Source of the DNA: Verrucomicrobiota bacterium
GTDB taxonomy: Bacteria; Verrucomicrobiota; Verrucomicrobiia; Opitutales; LL51
Length of the DNA: 32,000 nt
NCBI GenBank assembly: GCA_021294815.2
Contig: CP095464.1
Coordinates: 60,001-92,000 of the forward strand
Direction of reading: 5' to 3'
The notes under the pieces are model-generated. The model did no database searches. It saw only the letters and a list, made by a program, of their open reading frames with translations, and was not told the origin of the DNA. A program made the translations under genes and the position numbers. The number at the start of each line of letters is the position of its first letter. The stretch's first letter is position 1. Positions 1 through 7,251 of this stretch are shown here, piece by piece.

Positions 1-649
1 AATTGATCTTTTTGAAGCTTGGGAAACGGATCGTGCTCACCATCAGGTAGGCCGTTAGAAGCATAATAAACGGCAAAAAAATTGAAAACACATGCAGATC
101 GTAGCTATCGACGATGAGCACAAATGATGCAATGACACCTGCCGCCGCCGGTACTGGAAGGCCTAAAAAATCATATGATGGGATTGCTTCTTCTCGAGGA
201 AGTAGTGGACTTGTAATTACATTAAAGCGTGCGAGACGAACCCCTGCGCATAGCAAATAAATAAACCCGATCATCCATCCCAATTGGCGGAAAAATAAGT
301 ACTCATCACATGGTGAAAGAATGCGCAAAAAAACCATCAGGGCTGGCGCTACGCCGAAAGAAACCATATCGGAAATCGAGTCAAATTCGAGACCAAAGAG
401 CGATTCCTTCTTTTTAAGTCGTGCGACTCGCCCATCGAGCATATCCGCAAGTCCGGCAAAAAAAATCAACCAGACCGCCTGTTGGTAAAAACGGTGCGCT
501 GTCGCCGCATCGGTCGTCGCATAACGTGCCTGTATACACCGAATGATCGACAAAAAACCGCAAAACAAATTGGTCGCCGTAAAGATATTGGGCAAGAGGT
601 AAATACGGCTTGCATCGGCAACATTGGAATACTTTTTCGAGACCGACAT
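1..649 (-). CDS. pssA: CDP-diacylglycerol--serine O-phosphatidyltransferase, N-terminal ~216 codons; the 3' end lies beyond the left window edge
   Basis: Absent from the ORF track because the frame is open to position 1. My reverse-strand translation from the ATG (complement of 647-649) reads MSVSKKYSNVADASRIYLLPNIFTATNLFCGF...FAGLADMLDGRVARLKKKESLFGLEFDSISDMVSFGVAPAL...CAGVRLARFNV... It carries the exact CDP-alcohol phosphatidyltransferase signature DG-x2-AR-x8-G-x3-D-x3-D, plus the RLARFN block seen in bacterial PssA. Confidence 0.85.
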   Translation of the reverse strand, partial: MSVSKKYSNVADASRIYLLPNIFTATNLFCGFLSIIRCIQARYATTDAATAHRFYQQAVWLIFFAGLADMLDGRVARLKKKESLFGLEFDSISDMVSFGVAPALMVFLRILSPCDEYLFFRQLGWMIGFIYLLCAGVRLARFNVITSPLLPREEAIPSYDFLGLPVPAAAGVIASFVLIVDSYDLHVFSIFLPFIMLLTAYLMVSTIRFPSFKKIN

Positions 650-747
650 TCTTCAAGAACGAACAATACGCGATTTCCCGAAAGTGCAAGTTTTTCCCGC
701 GATTTTCGAGTTGTACGCGATGCTCTCTTTCAGCAACATATACGGTA

Positions 748-1653
748 ATGGCAACGCTCACCGTACCGACTGATATTATTCCCGATCGTTGCGATAAGAT
801 CCTGGCGCAACTGCTCAAACTACCGCGATCTGTCATTAAATCAGCAACAGCCGTTCCGTTTGAACGTAATGGTCAAAAAATCACACCACACGATTTTGTT
901 TATCCGGGTGATACAATTATTTATGAGTTGCCTACGATAAAGGCAATCGCCCCAGCGCCCGTGTTAGAACTTTCGATTCTTTTTGAAGACGAGGATCTCA
1001 TCGTCATCGATAAACCCGCAAATATCGCCGTCCACCCCGCTCCCGGTTTTTTGGGGAAAACGCTCGTCGAATATGTTCTCGATCACTGCCCTCTTTCCTA
1101 TCTTGGCGAAAAGGATCGCCCGGGTGTTGTTCATCGTTTGGACAAAGAAACCACGGGATGTATCGTTTTTGCGAAATCGAACCGCGCGTTCAAACAGCTG
1201 AGTCGCGATTTTGCCGAACACAATATCCAAAAACAATATATGTGTATTATCCACGGAAATCCACCGCTCCAAACCGGTACGATTGAGGTTCCGATTGGCC
1301 GTAAACTTTCGGACAAGACGCGAATGGCGGCGATGCGGGAAGGGAAATACGCTAAAACGACCTGGGTTGTTCGTAAACGCTTTAAACAATATGCTTGGCT
1401 CGATGTGCGCATTTGGACGGGACGGACACACCAAATTCGCGTACACCTCAGCTATAAGGGTTGGCCTATCGTCGGCGACACGGTTTATGGTTCCCCTTCC
1501 AATAAATTATCCCCAAATACCTTTCCGCGGATCATGCTCCATGCGGAATCGCTAACATTTTCACACCCACGCATTGGCCTGCCCATAACCTGCACAGCAC
1601 CAATTCCCGATGATTTCACTGAAGTATTGCGAACCCTAAAACCCTCGCCTTAA
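748..1653 (+). CDS. rluD: RluA-family 23S rRNA pseudouridine synthase (RluD-like), 301 aa
   Basis: Part of track ORF 610..1653. The catalytic block HRLDKETTGCIVFAKS matches the HRLD-x2-T(S)G motif, followed by GRTHQIRVHL. The N-terminus is S4-like (RCDKILAQLLKLPRSVIKS...NGQKI...GDTI). I chose the ATG at 748 (MATLTVPTD) because the 610 start would overlap the divergent pssA start at 649. Confidence 0.85.
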   Translation: MATLTVPTDIIPDRCDKILAQLLKLPRSVIKSATAVPFERNGQKITPHDFVYPGDTIIYELPTIKAIAPAPVLELSILFEDEDLIVIDKPANIAVHPAPGFLGKTLVEYVLDHCPLSYLGEKDRPGVVHRLDKETTGCIVFAKSNRAFKQLSRDFAEHNIQKQYMCIIHGNPPLQTGTIEVPIGRKLSDKTRMAAMREGKYAKTTWVVRKRFKQYAWLDVRIWTGRTHQIRVHLSYKGWPIVGDTVYGSPSNKLSPNTFPRIMLHAESLTFSHPRIGLPITCTAPIPDDFTEVLRTLKPSP

Positions 1654-1670
1654 ATCTATATCTATCCAAA

Positions 1671-2348
1671 ATGCAGCCTACCCCAAAATTCAACTCACCT
1701 TTCGATCAACTTGCAGCCCGTGCCGAATTCATCCACGAGATGCTCGAAAAGTTGTACCCAAACTTAGAAATTCCCCTTCATCACGGCTCGCCGTTTACCC
1801 TACTCGTCGCGGTTATCCTCTCGGCCCAGTGCACCGACGCGCGCGTCAACCAAGTGACGCCGAAATTATTCGCGCAAGCGGCAACGCCCGAAGCAATGAG
1901 CCAGCTGCCGCTCGACGTTTTAGAAAATCTCATTCGTCCGTGTGGATTTTTCCATACCAAGGCAAAAAATATCCAGGCTTGTGCACAAATGATACTGGAA
2001 AAGTTTCACGGCGAAATCCCGGATAATTTTCAGGAATTAGAACAACTTCCCGGCGTTGGGCATAAGACAGCGAGTGTGATGATGGCACATTGTTTTCATC
2101 AACCGGCCTTTCCCGTAGATACACACATTCGCCGGCTAGCCAATCGCTGGGGATTAGTAAATTCACCAAATGTCGTCAAAGTCGAACAAGCTCTGAAAAA
2201 AATTTACCCCCAACAATATTGGGACGGACTCCACGTTCGCATGATTCAGTTCGGCCGCGACTACTGTCCCGCCCGTGGACACAAAATTGAAAGATGTCCG
2301 ATTTGTCGAGTGTTGTTTATAAAAAACGACATTCAACCTACTATGTAA
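1671..2348 (+). CDS. nth: Endonuclease III (HhH-GPD DNA glycosylase/AP lyase), 225 aa
   Basis: VILSAQCTDARVNQVTPKLF, helix-hairpin-helix LPGVGHKTASVMM with the catalytic Lys, and VDTHIRRLANRWGL with the catalytic Asp all match E. coli Nth blocks. It starts 17 nt after the rluD-like stop on the same strand, so the two are probably co-transcribed. Confidence 0.9.
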   Translation: MQPTPKFNSPFDQLAARAEFIHEMLEKLYPNLEIPLHHGSPFTLLVAVILSAQCTDARVNQVTPKLFAQAATPEAMSQLPLDVLENLIRPCGFFHTKAKNIQACAQMILEKFHGEIPDNFQELEQLPGVGHKTASVMMAHCFHQPAFPVDTHIRRLANRWGLVNSPNVVKVEQALKKIYPQQYWDGLHVRMIQFGRDYCPARGHKIERCPICRVLFIKNDIQPTM

Positions 2349-2414
2349 TATCGAAAGTATAGTGACAAATATGGGTACCATTCTGTATTTTAAATTCACA
2401 TTCTCCAAAAACAC

Positions 2415-3023
2415 TTATTGGGGTTTTTCTTTCGTTGTCTCGGGGCTTTTAGAGCCAGATTCAGAAAATAATTCATTCAAAGTTATCCCCTGTTCGTTGT
2501 TAAATTCCGATGATCCGTAATATTGAGGTTTTTCTTTCGCTGCCTCGGGGCTTTTAGAACCGACTTGACTCTTCACCTTATTAGAATTTTCAGTTTTGAA
2601 CTTATCAAATTTTCGTTGTAGTTCCTTAGGATTTTTGATCATCTTCAAAAAGGAATCCTTACCGTTATCAAGAAAAAACCTTCCTCCAAAGCAAACCGTT
2701 TTCCTATCCGAAATTTTTTTATGTATAAATTGAACAGCTTGTCCAAGATCGCCATCAAGTCCACGAACCTTCCCCATATCGTTTGCGCACCCGATCGCCC
2801 TCATCGCTTTCATCCGATCCCAAAAGCCAAAACCAATGAGTTTTAAGGCCTCTCTAATATCCTCTTTGCGAGCAGTTATATATTCCCCTTTGGCTCTGAA
2901 CTCACCTCTGGCCAAGAGCGCCATATTATTAAAATCAGCATCTCCATCAATATGTTTGTCAATTCTGATAGTGGTACTGAAAAAGTTTCTGATGCTATTG
3001 CCTATTGAATTCATACAAATCAT
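2415..3023 (-). CDS. Hypothetical protein, 202 aa (alternative start at 3014, MNSIGNS), with a duplicated GSKSPExxKEKPQ tail
   Basis: Track ORF with no motif I recognise and no signal peptide. The N-terminus is Ser/Ile/Asn/Thr-rich. The C-terminus contains two copies of GSKSPE(AA/TT)KEKPQ spaced 35 codons apart. Coding status rests on ORF length and the in-frame repeat only. Confidence 0.5.
   Translation of the reverse strand: MICMNSIGNSIRNFFSTTIRIDKHIDGDADFNNMALLARGEFRAKGEYITARKEDIREALKLIGFGFWDRMKAMRAIGCANDMGKVRGLDGDLGQAVQFIHKKISDRKTVCFGGRFFLDNGKDSFLKMIKNPKELQRKFDKFKTENSNKVKSQVGSKSPEAAKEKPQYYGSSEFNNEQGITLNELFSESGSKSPETTKEKPQ
2418..2561 (-). repeat. Two ~39-bp direct repeats, 105 bp apart, encoding GSKSPExxKEKPQ at the 3' end of the 202-aa ORF
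   Basis: 2418-2456 is ttggggtttttctttcgttgtctcggggcttttagagcc. 2523-2561 is ttgaggtttttctttcgctgcctcggggcttttagaacc. They differ at a few positions, and the offset is exactly 35 codons. Confidence 0.8.
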
Positions 3024-3154
3024 TGTAACGGAACGTTTTTTTTTACAATAAATTTGTAAATTTATTTACGAGACTAACTATTCACGGCGATCTGCCCATT
3101 GCGGAACGAACAATGATAGCGATCTTGCTTTAAAATCTCACTTCGACCGGCGAT

Positions 3155-4105
3155 CTACATTGCTACATAAGGTAGTTCCGAATCATCAACGGAATCTAAA
3201 TTTCCAGGCTCGAACCACAGTAGTGGAAAATTTTGCCGTACAGCGGAACCGATAAAGTCGATTTTTGTCACCCAGTTTTGAAGAAGATCTACAATTTCGA
3301 CGGACTTCATCAACCAGGTGCCGTCGACTTTTTTAAAATTCTTGAGCTGAAATCTGCGAACAACTTCCCAATCCGTTGTCAACTGAATATTGTTCGAGTT
3401 TAAGACCTTTGTTACGTTTCTATCCTTAGGTTCTTTCCTTAAGTACTCTACCTGTATAATTGCTTTTAAAGCGGGATCATACGCAACATCAACCGCATCG
3501 AAGCGGGTTTCAGTACTATTTTCGCTTACAGCGATATGGGCATCTTTCTTTGGAAAAACACGACCCAACATCTGCCGGAAATCCCAAGGTTGTATTAGAA
3601 TTTCCGCAAGAGCCGATCGGCTAGGTCTGCGGTTAAACCGAATAATATGTGTGTTGCGCCCCAAAACTTTTCGTGTCCCTTCGTAGGTATAACACGGCCA
3701 TAAAAGAAAAGGTAAAAGGATATCGTTAAAACTCAATAAATGCCCCGGTCGTAACGGTGCTATCTCCGAAGAACTGGTCGGTGCTGATGCAGCCATACCT
3801 CCCAAAGGTGTTTTTAAGAACACATTACTACCAAGTTCGACGCGAACCGCTAAGTGGCCAGCAATGGTCTTAGCAAATAACTTCCCTTCGATCTGATCCC
3901 GCTCCTTCAGTTTCGTAGTCGTCATTCGGAACGAAAGCGCCACCTCCAGAAGTCGCACTGACGACAATTCTTTGACGACCTTTTCTAGACGTTCCGCATT
4001 AAGCGGGATTAACTGTCTTCGGTGTGCCTTAGAGCCTGCGCTTGCTGGCAAAACAAGCCCCAGTACTGTTCCTAGAACTACAATAAACCGCTGTAACAAT
4101 GTCAC
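3155..4105 (-). CDS. Exported hypothetical protein, 316 aa, GTG start; possibly a LolA-like (outer-membrane lipoprotein-sorting) fold
   Basis: Track ORF. The N-terminus MTLLQRFIVVLGTVLGLVLPASA|GS is a classical signal peptide with an AxA cleavage site. The C-terminal pattern FKKVDGTWLMKSVEIVD...TKIDF resembles LolA-like sorting-protein domains, a fold assignment made by eye only. The start codon is GTG (complement of 4103-4105), 17 nt after the secG stop. Confidence 0.55.
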   Translation of the reverse strand: MTLLQRFIVVLGTVLGLVLPASAGSKAHRRQLIPLNAERLEKVVKELSSVRLLEVALSFRMTTTKLKERDQIEGKLFAKTIAGHLAVRVELGSNVFLKTPLGGMAASAPTSSSEIAPLRPGHLLSFNDILLPFLLWPCYTYEGTRKVLGRNTHIIRFNRRPSRSALAEILIQPWDFRQMLGRVFPKKDAHIAVSENSTETRFDAVDVAYDPALKAIIQVEYLRKEPKDRNVTKVLNSNNIQLTTDWEVVRRFQLKNFKKVDGTWLMKSVEIVDLLQNWVTKIDFIGSAVRQNFPLLWFEPGNLDSVDDSELPYVAM

Positions 4106-4125
4106 ATTACCAGGAGCAAATCAGA

Positions 4126-4638
4126 TCAAAGATCGACTTTCGACTTTGACACATCGCTTTCATTCAAGGTATCAGCAACTTCCGTTGCCTGAGGCGCCGC
4201 TTCGAGCGGTTGTGATTCGGGCTTCGTGCCCTCATGAATATCGATTGCCTCTGCCGCCGGCACGACCAAACTTTCGGAAGTCGGTTTCTCACTGATAACT
4301 GACTCTTGAACTCTTTCCGACGTCACCTGAGGAACTTCAGCTGTTACAACGGCTTTCATTTCGAGTAGATGCTGCGATTTAACGGTCTTTTCCAGCGACA
4401 TGTAGAGCAGCGAAAGTAAAAATGAAATCAAAAAGAAAATGACCACGCAGTACTTGGTCGCTTTTGCGAGAGTATTGACCGCTTCGCCGCCGAAAACAGA
4501 CGTTACCGCACCGCCACCCAAAGTCGCGCCCATCCCGGACTCCTCGCTCGGCCGCTGCATTAAAATCAACAGAATAACGAAACCGCAAATGCCCAACAAA
4601 AATAATGTCAACAGTATAATCGACAGCTTTGTAATCAT
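4126..4638 (-). CDS. secG: Preprotein translocase subunit SecG with a ~95-aa acidic, low-complexity C-terminal extension (170 aa from the 4638 start)
   Basis: MITKLSIILLTLFLLGICGFVILLILMQRPSEESGMGATLGGGAVTSVFGGEAVNTLAKATKYCVVIFFLISFLLSLLY shows the SecG layout: TM1, a Gly-rich GxGxxxGGG...FGG loop, then TM2. I preferred the ATG at 4638 over the track start at 4650 because GAGG sits 6 nt upstream of it. Confidence 0.75.
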   Translation of the reverse strand: MITKLSIILLTLFLLGICGFVILLILMQRPSEESGMGATLGGGAVTSVFGGEAVNTLAKATKYCVVIFFLISFLLSLLYMSLEKTVKSQHLLEMKAVVTAEVPQVTSERVQESVISEKPTSESLVVPAAEAIDIHEGTKPESQPLEAAPQATEVADTLNESDVSKSKVDL

Positions 4639-4695
4639 GACTTGCCTCAACTCAGCAGATTAACAAGCTCGCCCAAAACACAAGTCCGAAAAGCG

Positions 4696-5169
4696 ATGTG
4701 GCAAAAGTGGTCAGTTTTAGGGAGCGCATTTTTATTGGTCGGGTGTGGATCATCGAAACTGAAGGAGACCGACACGCCCGCGTACCGCCAGGGGCTTGTT
4801 TTTTTACAATCTCAAAAACCCAAAGAGGCACTTCCATTGTTTTTAGAAGTCATCAAAAAAGTACCGGAAGCCAAGAATGCGTACCTCAACATCGGCCAAA
4901 TTTACCTAACGGTTTATGATGACCCCGTTTTAGCGATTTATTTTTTACGTGCGTTTTTGGCGCGAAATCCCCCGAAAAACCAGGAGCAAATTGCCAATAG
5001 CCTCATTGCAACGGCGCAGAATCGCCTTGTACAACAAATTCTTGGCCCTAAGAAAGCCCTCTACGAATCGCATCAACAGTTTCTTGCTCTCTTGCAACAC
5101 CTCCGTGAAGAGAACAAGCGCTTGCAAATTCAATTAAAAAATTTACAAAATTTTCAACAAAATCCTTGA
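4696..5169 (+). CDS. Small TPR-like lipoprotein with a C-terminal coiled coil, 157 aa
   Basis: Part of track ORF 4642..5169. From the ATG at 4696 the protein begins MWQKWSVLGSAFLLVGC, a lipobox L-V-G-C with the Cys codon at 4744-4746. Two TPR-like units follow (AYRQGLVFLQSQKPKEALPLFLEVIKKVPEAKN and AYLNIGQIYLTVYDDPVLAIYFLRAFLARNPPKN), then a heptad segment LLQHLREENKRLQIQLKNLQ. Confidence 0.6.
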   Translation: MWQKWSVLGSAFLLVGCGSSKLKETDTPAYRQGLVFLQSQKPKEALPLFLEVIKKVPEAKNAYLNIGQIYLTVYDDPVLAIYFLRAFLARNPPKNQEQIANSLIATAQNRLVQQILGPKKALYESHQQFLALLQHLREENKRLQIQLKNLQNFQQNP

Positions 5170-5199
5170 GCGCCAGCCGCGAATTTTTATGATATCCGC

Positions 5200-6261
5200 A
5201 TGGCGGCAATGGAAAATGTAAATAAATTACCAATACCAAGTTCTGATCCAAGGATAAGAGCTTTATTGGAAAGTCCAGAGACTATTGCATCTAGCGAAAA
5301 TAAAAAAACCACTCCATCTGGATATGGACAAATAGGTGGTTCTGGAATTAGTGATTTCACAAAGGCCGAAAAGGGAGCAATAATGGAAGCTGCTGACAAC
5401 CTGGAAACGCTTAAACAAAATTTAAATGTTAGCGTCAATATAATGAAAGAAATGCATGCATATGTGGAAAAGATTAATGGTACAAGCAGTGTAACCCGTT
5501 CTGAATCTTTAAGCACAGACGAATCGACTCAACTCAACAGAAGCTGCATGGAATGCCTTCAAAGCAGCGATCCTAAAAGCATTCGTAACCTTGCTAACAA
5601 TATTAACCAGATTATCGATAGCGGCCTCCCCACCGATAGAGGTTCACTTGGTGATATCATGACAGCGATTCTCATTTTGCAGCTTAAAAGTGCAATGGAA
5701 GGGAAACAGGCAAATCGCGAAATGAGTGCAGAAATGGCTTCGACGATTTATCAAAAATCCAAAGAAATTGCCAGTATGATCCTTGAAAAGGGTAAAATTG
5801 CCTTTGACCAGGCCATAGCAGGTGCCATCACAGGTCTCGTCGGTACAGCCTTTTCTTCAGGGATGACTATCGCAGGAACAATCAAAGCCAACCGAAAACA
5901 GGATAACGGGACTCAAGAGATAAACACGGGCTTCGATAGTACACGTAATTTCAGACTTGATGATATAAGTCGAAATACACTAATTCAAAAATACAATGCA
6001 ATCGGCGGCTTGGGACAGGCTATTGCAAGTGCAATGAAGGGGGTAATCGATGCGATCTGCAATTTCGACATAGCTAAGTTAGAGTCATCCATTAGGGATC
6101 TTGAAGCCCTCAACCGTCTGAATGAAAATGCCCAACAGTCGGTTAAGGATGTTGTCGAATCCTTTATATCAGTAGCGAAATTCTGTCTCCAAATGATGAA
6201 GGAAATCAACAGTCTCGAGAACCAGGGGATTATGACCGTACAAAATAAAATAGGATTATAA
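5200..6261 (+). CDS. T3SS minor-translocator-like protein (YopD/CopD class, single hydrophobic segment), 353 aa; paralogue of 6369..7247
   Basis: Track ORF. The block SLGDIMTAILILQLKSAMEGKQANREMSAEMASTIYQKSKEIASMILEKGK, followed by one hydrophobic stretch AIAGAITGLVGTAFSSGMTIAGTI, aligns by eye with the 292-aa protein. That architecture is typical of small hydrophobic translocators. The family assignment is by analogy, not a search. Confidence 0.55.
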   Translation: MAAMENVNKLPIPSSDPRIRALLESPETIASSENKKTTPSGYGQIGGSGISDFTKAEKGAIMEAADNLETLKQNLNVSVNIMKEMHAYVEKINGTSSVTRSESLSTDESTQLNRSCMECLQSSDPKSIRNLANNINQIIDSGLPTDRGSLGDIMTAILILQLKSAMEGKQANREMSAEMASTIYQKSKEIASMILEKGKIAFDQAIAGAITGLVGTAFSSGMTIAGTIKANRKQDNGTQEINTGFDSTRNFRLDDISRNTLIQKYNAIGGLGQAIASAMKGVIDAICNFDIAKLESSIRDLEALNRLNENAQQSVKDVVESFISVAKFCLQMMKEINSLENQGIMTVQNKIGL

Positions 6262-6368
6262 AGATTTTTTCTTCCTAACGGAATACTCTCTCTCTGCAAC
6301 GGAAAGAAATCTCTTTGCATTTTTATATTTCCATATTTCCATAATTCAGCGATATCGCCAGCTGTTGA

Positions 6369-7247
6369 TTAAACCCGCGAATTGCGGATAATTTGCATTT
6401 TTGCATCGTGTTCCGCTTGGGCAATTTGAGAAATCATATCTAAAAAGAATTCTCGGGTACTGTCGATATCGCTCAAGGAAGTTTGAACGGAGTCCGCAAC
6501 GGACTTTGTAAGCGTTATCAAGGCGCGTCGTTTCGTGATGTCTGCCTCTGCTGCCGCAATGGTCTTAATTTCATCCGCCTTCGCCATATCCGCAATAGTC
6601 GCAAGCGATTGCGCGGTATCTGAAAAAGTTTTACTAACGGACAAGGTGGTTTGGATTGAGGCAAAATCCTTTCCTTTGGTCGGCATCATATGACAACCAA
6701 CACTCACTGCAAAACTTGCACCTGACGCGACGACTTGAAAAATGGCCGTACTCCGACTTTGCTCCACCTCCGCCTGGGCTTTTTGTAAAATTTTCTCCGC
6801 AAGTTCTTTTGATTGATCGACATTCGCCGTCACCAGTAACGCCCGCATCTCACGTTCCATCTTCCGCCGTTCAGAAGTCGATTGGATCATTAAAATCATC
6901 ATCTCACACATGAGATCTCCAAGACTATTGACCTTCGTCGACTGAAAGTCCTTCCCTTTCATCCCAAACGCAAGCTCGTTCAATTTTTCCGAGCGCTTTT
7001 CAACTTTTTGCGCCGCACTAATCGACGTAATATTTGTATTATTGAGATGGGACTGCGCCGTCCGATCAACTGTCGCCTGGATCGTTATGGAATCTAAGGT
7101 CATGTTCGCGCCCAGATTCATCGCGACCGCATTCAACGTGGCCGCATCCATCCCCGAAGCATTATCGCCCGACGCACGCTTAACGCCCGACGGGTTCGAA
7201 TTTTTCGGGATATGAGTATCTCCAGGAATGGTCTCCGTCTTACTCAT
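6369..7247 (-). CDS. T3SS minor-translocator-like protein (YopD/CopD position in the operon), 292 aa
   Basis: Part of track ORF 6369..7325. The ATG at 7247 (MSKTETIPG) lies 4 nt after the TAA of the 835-aa gene (7252-7254). It carries SLGDLMCEMMILMIQSTSERRKMEREMRALL...QSKELAEKILQKAQAEVEQ, then one hydrophobic segment STAIFQVVASGASFAVSVGC. The C-terminus is amphipathic and ends MQIIRNSRV. Confidence 0.6.
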   Translation of the reverse strand: MSKTETIPGDTHIPKNSNPSGVKRASGDNASGMDAATLNAVAMNLGANMTLDSITIQATVDRTAQSHLNNTNITSISAAQKVEKRSEKLNELAFGMKGKDFQSTKVNSLGDLMCEMMILMIQSTSERRKMEREMRALLVTANVDQSKELAEKILQKAQAEVEQSRSTAIFQVVASGASFAVSVGCHMMPTKGKDFASIQTTLSVSKTFSDTAQSLATIADMAKADEIKTIAAAEADITKRRALITLTKSVADSVQTSLSDIDSTREFFLDMISQIAQAEHDAKMQIIRNSRV

Positions 7248-7251
7248 ACAC

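Noticed and set aside
610-747. N-terminal extension of the RluD-like ORF (track start at 610)
   Set aside because: It would overlap the divergent pssA start (649) by 40 nt. The extra 46 residues (MHRQHWNTFSRPTFF...) look non-protein-like. The ATG at 748 gives a normal S4-domain N-terminus.
414-836. Track ORFs 414..836(-), 466..666(-) and 482..748(+)
   Set aside because: These are shadow frames over the real pssA frame, which has a perfect CDP-alcohol phosphatidyltransferase motif, and over the pssA/rluD spacer. They carry no recognisable motifs.
3024-3060. A sigma70-like promoter for the 202-aa gene (TTGTAA, 15 nt, TACAAT on the minus strand)
   Set aside because: The spacing is short. The -10 candidate abuts the first ATG, so it would only work with the second ATG as a near-leaderless start. 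This is too speculative to list as a feature.
4639-4650. secG start at 4650 (MRQVM...)
   Set aside because: The GAGG that would serve as the SD for the 4638 ATG lies inside this extension, and the SecG TM1 begins right after the 4638 Met. This remains possible, but I kept it only as the less likely alternative.
6262-6368. A bidirectional intrinsic terminator between the convergent 353-aa and 292-aa genes
   Set aside because: Only a weak 5-bp AAAGA/TCTTT stem followed by GCATTTTT (around 6303-6325) is present. There is also a loop-less 10-bp palindrome GCGATATCGC (6349-6358) and a tandem ATATTTCC x2 (6325-6340). None forms a convincing GC-rich stem plus U-tract.
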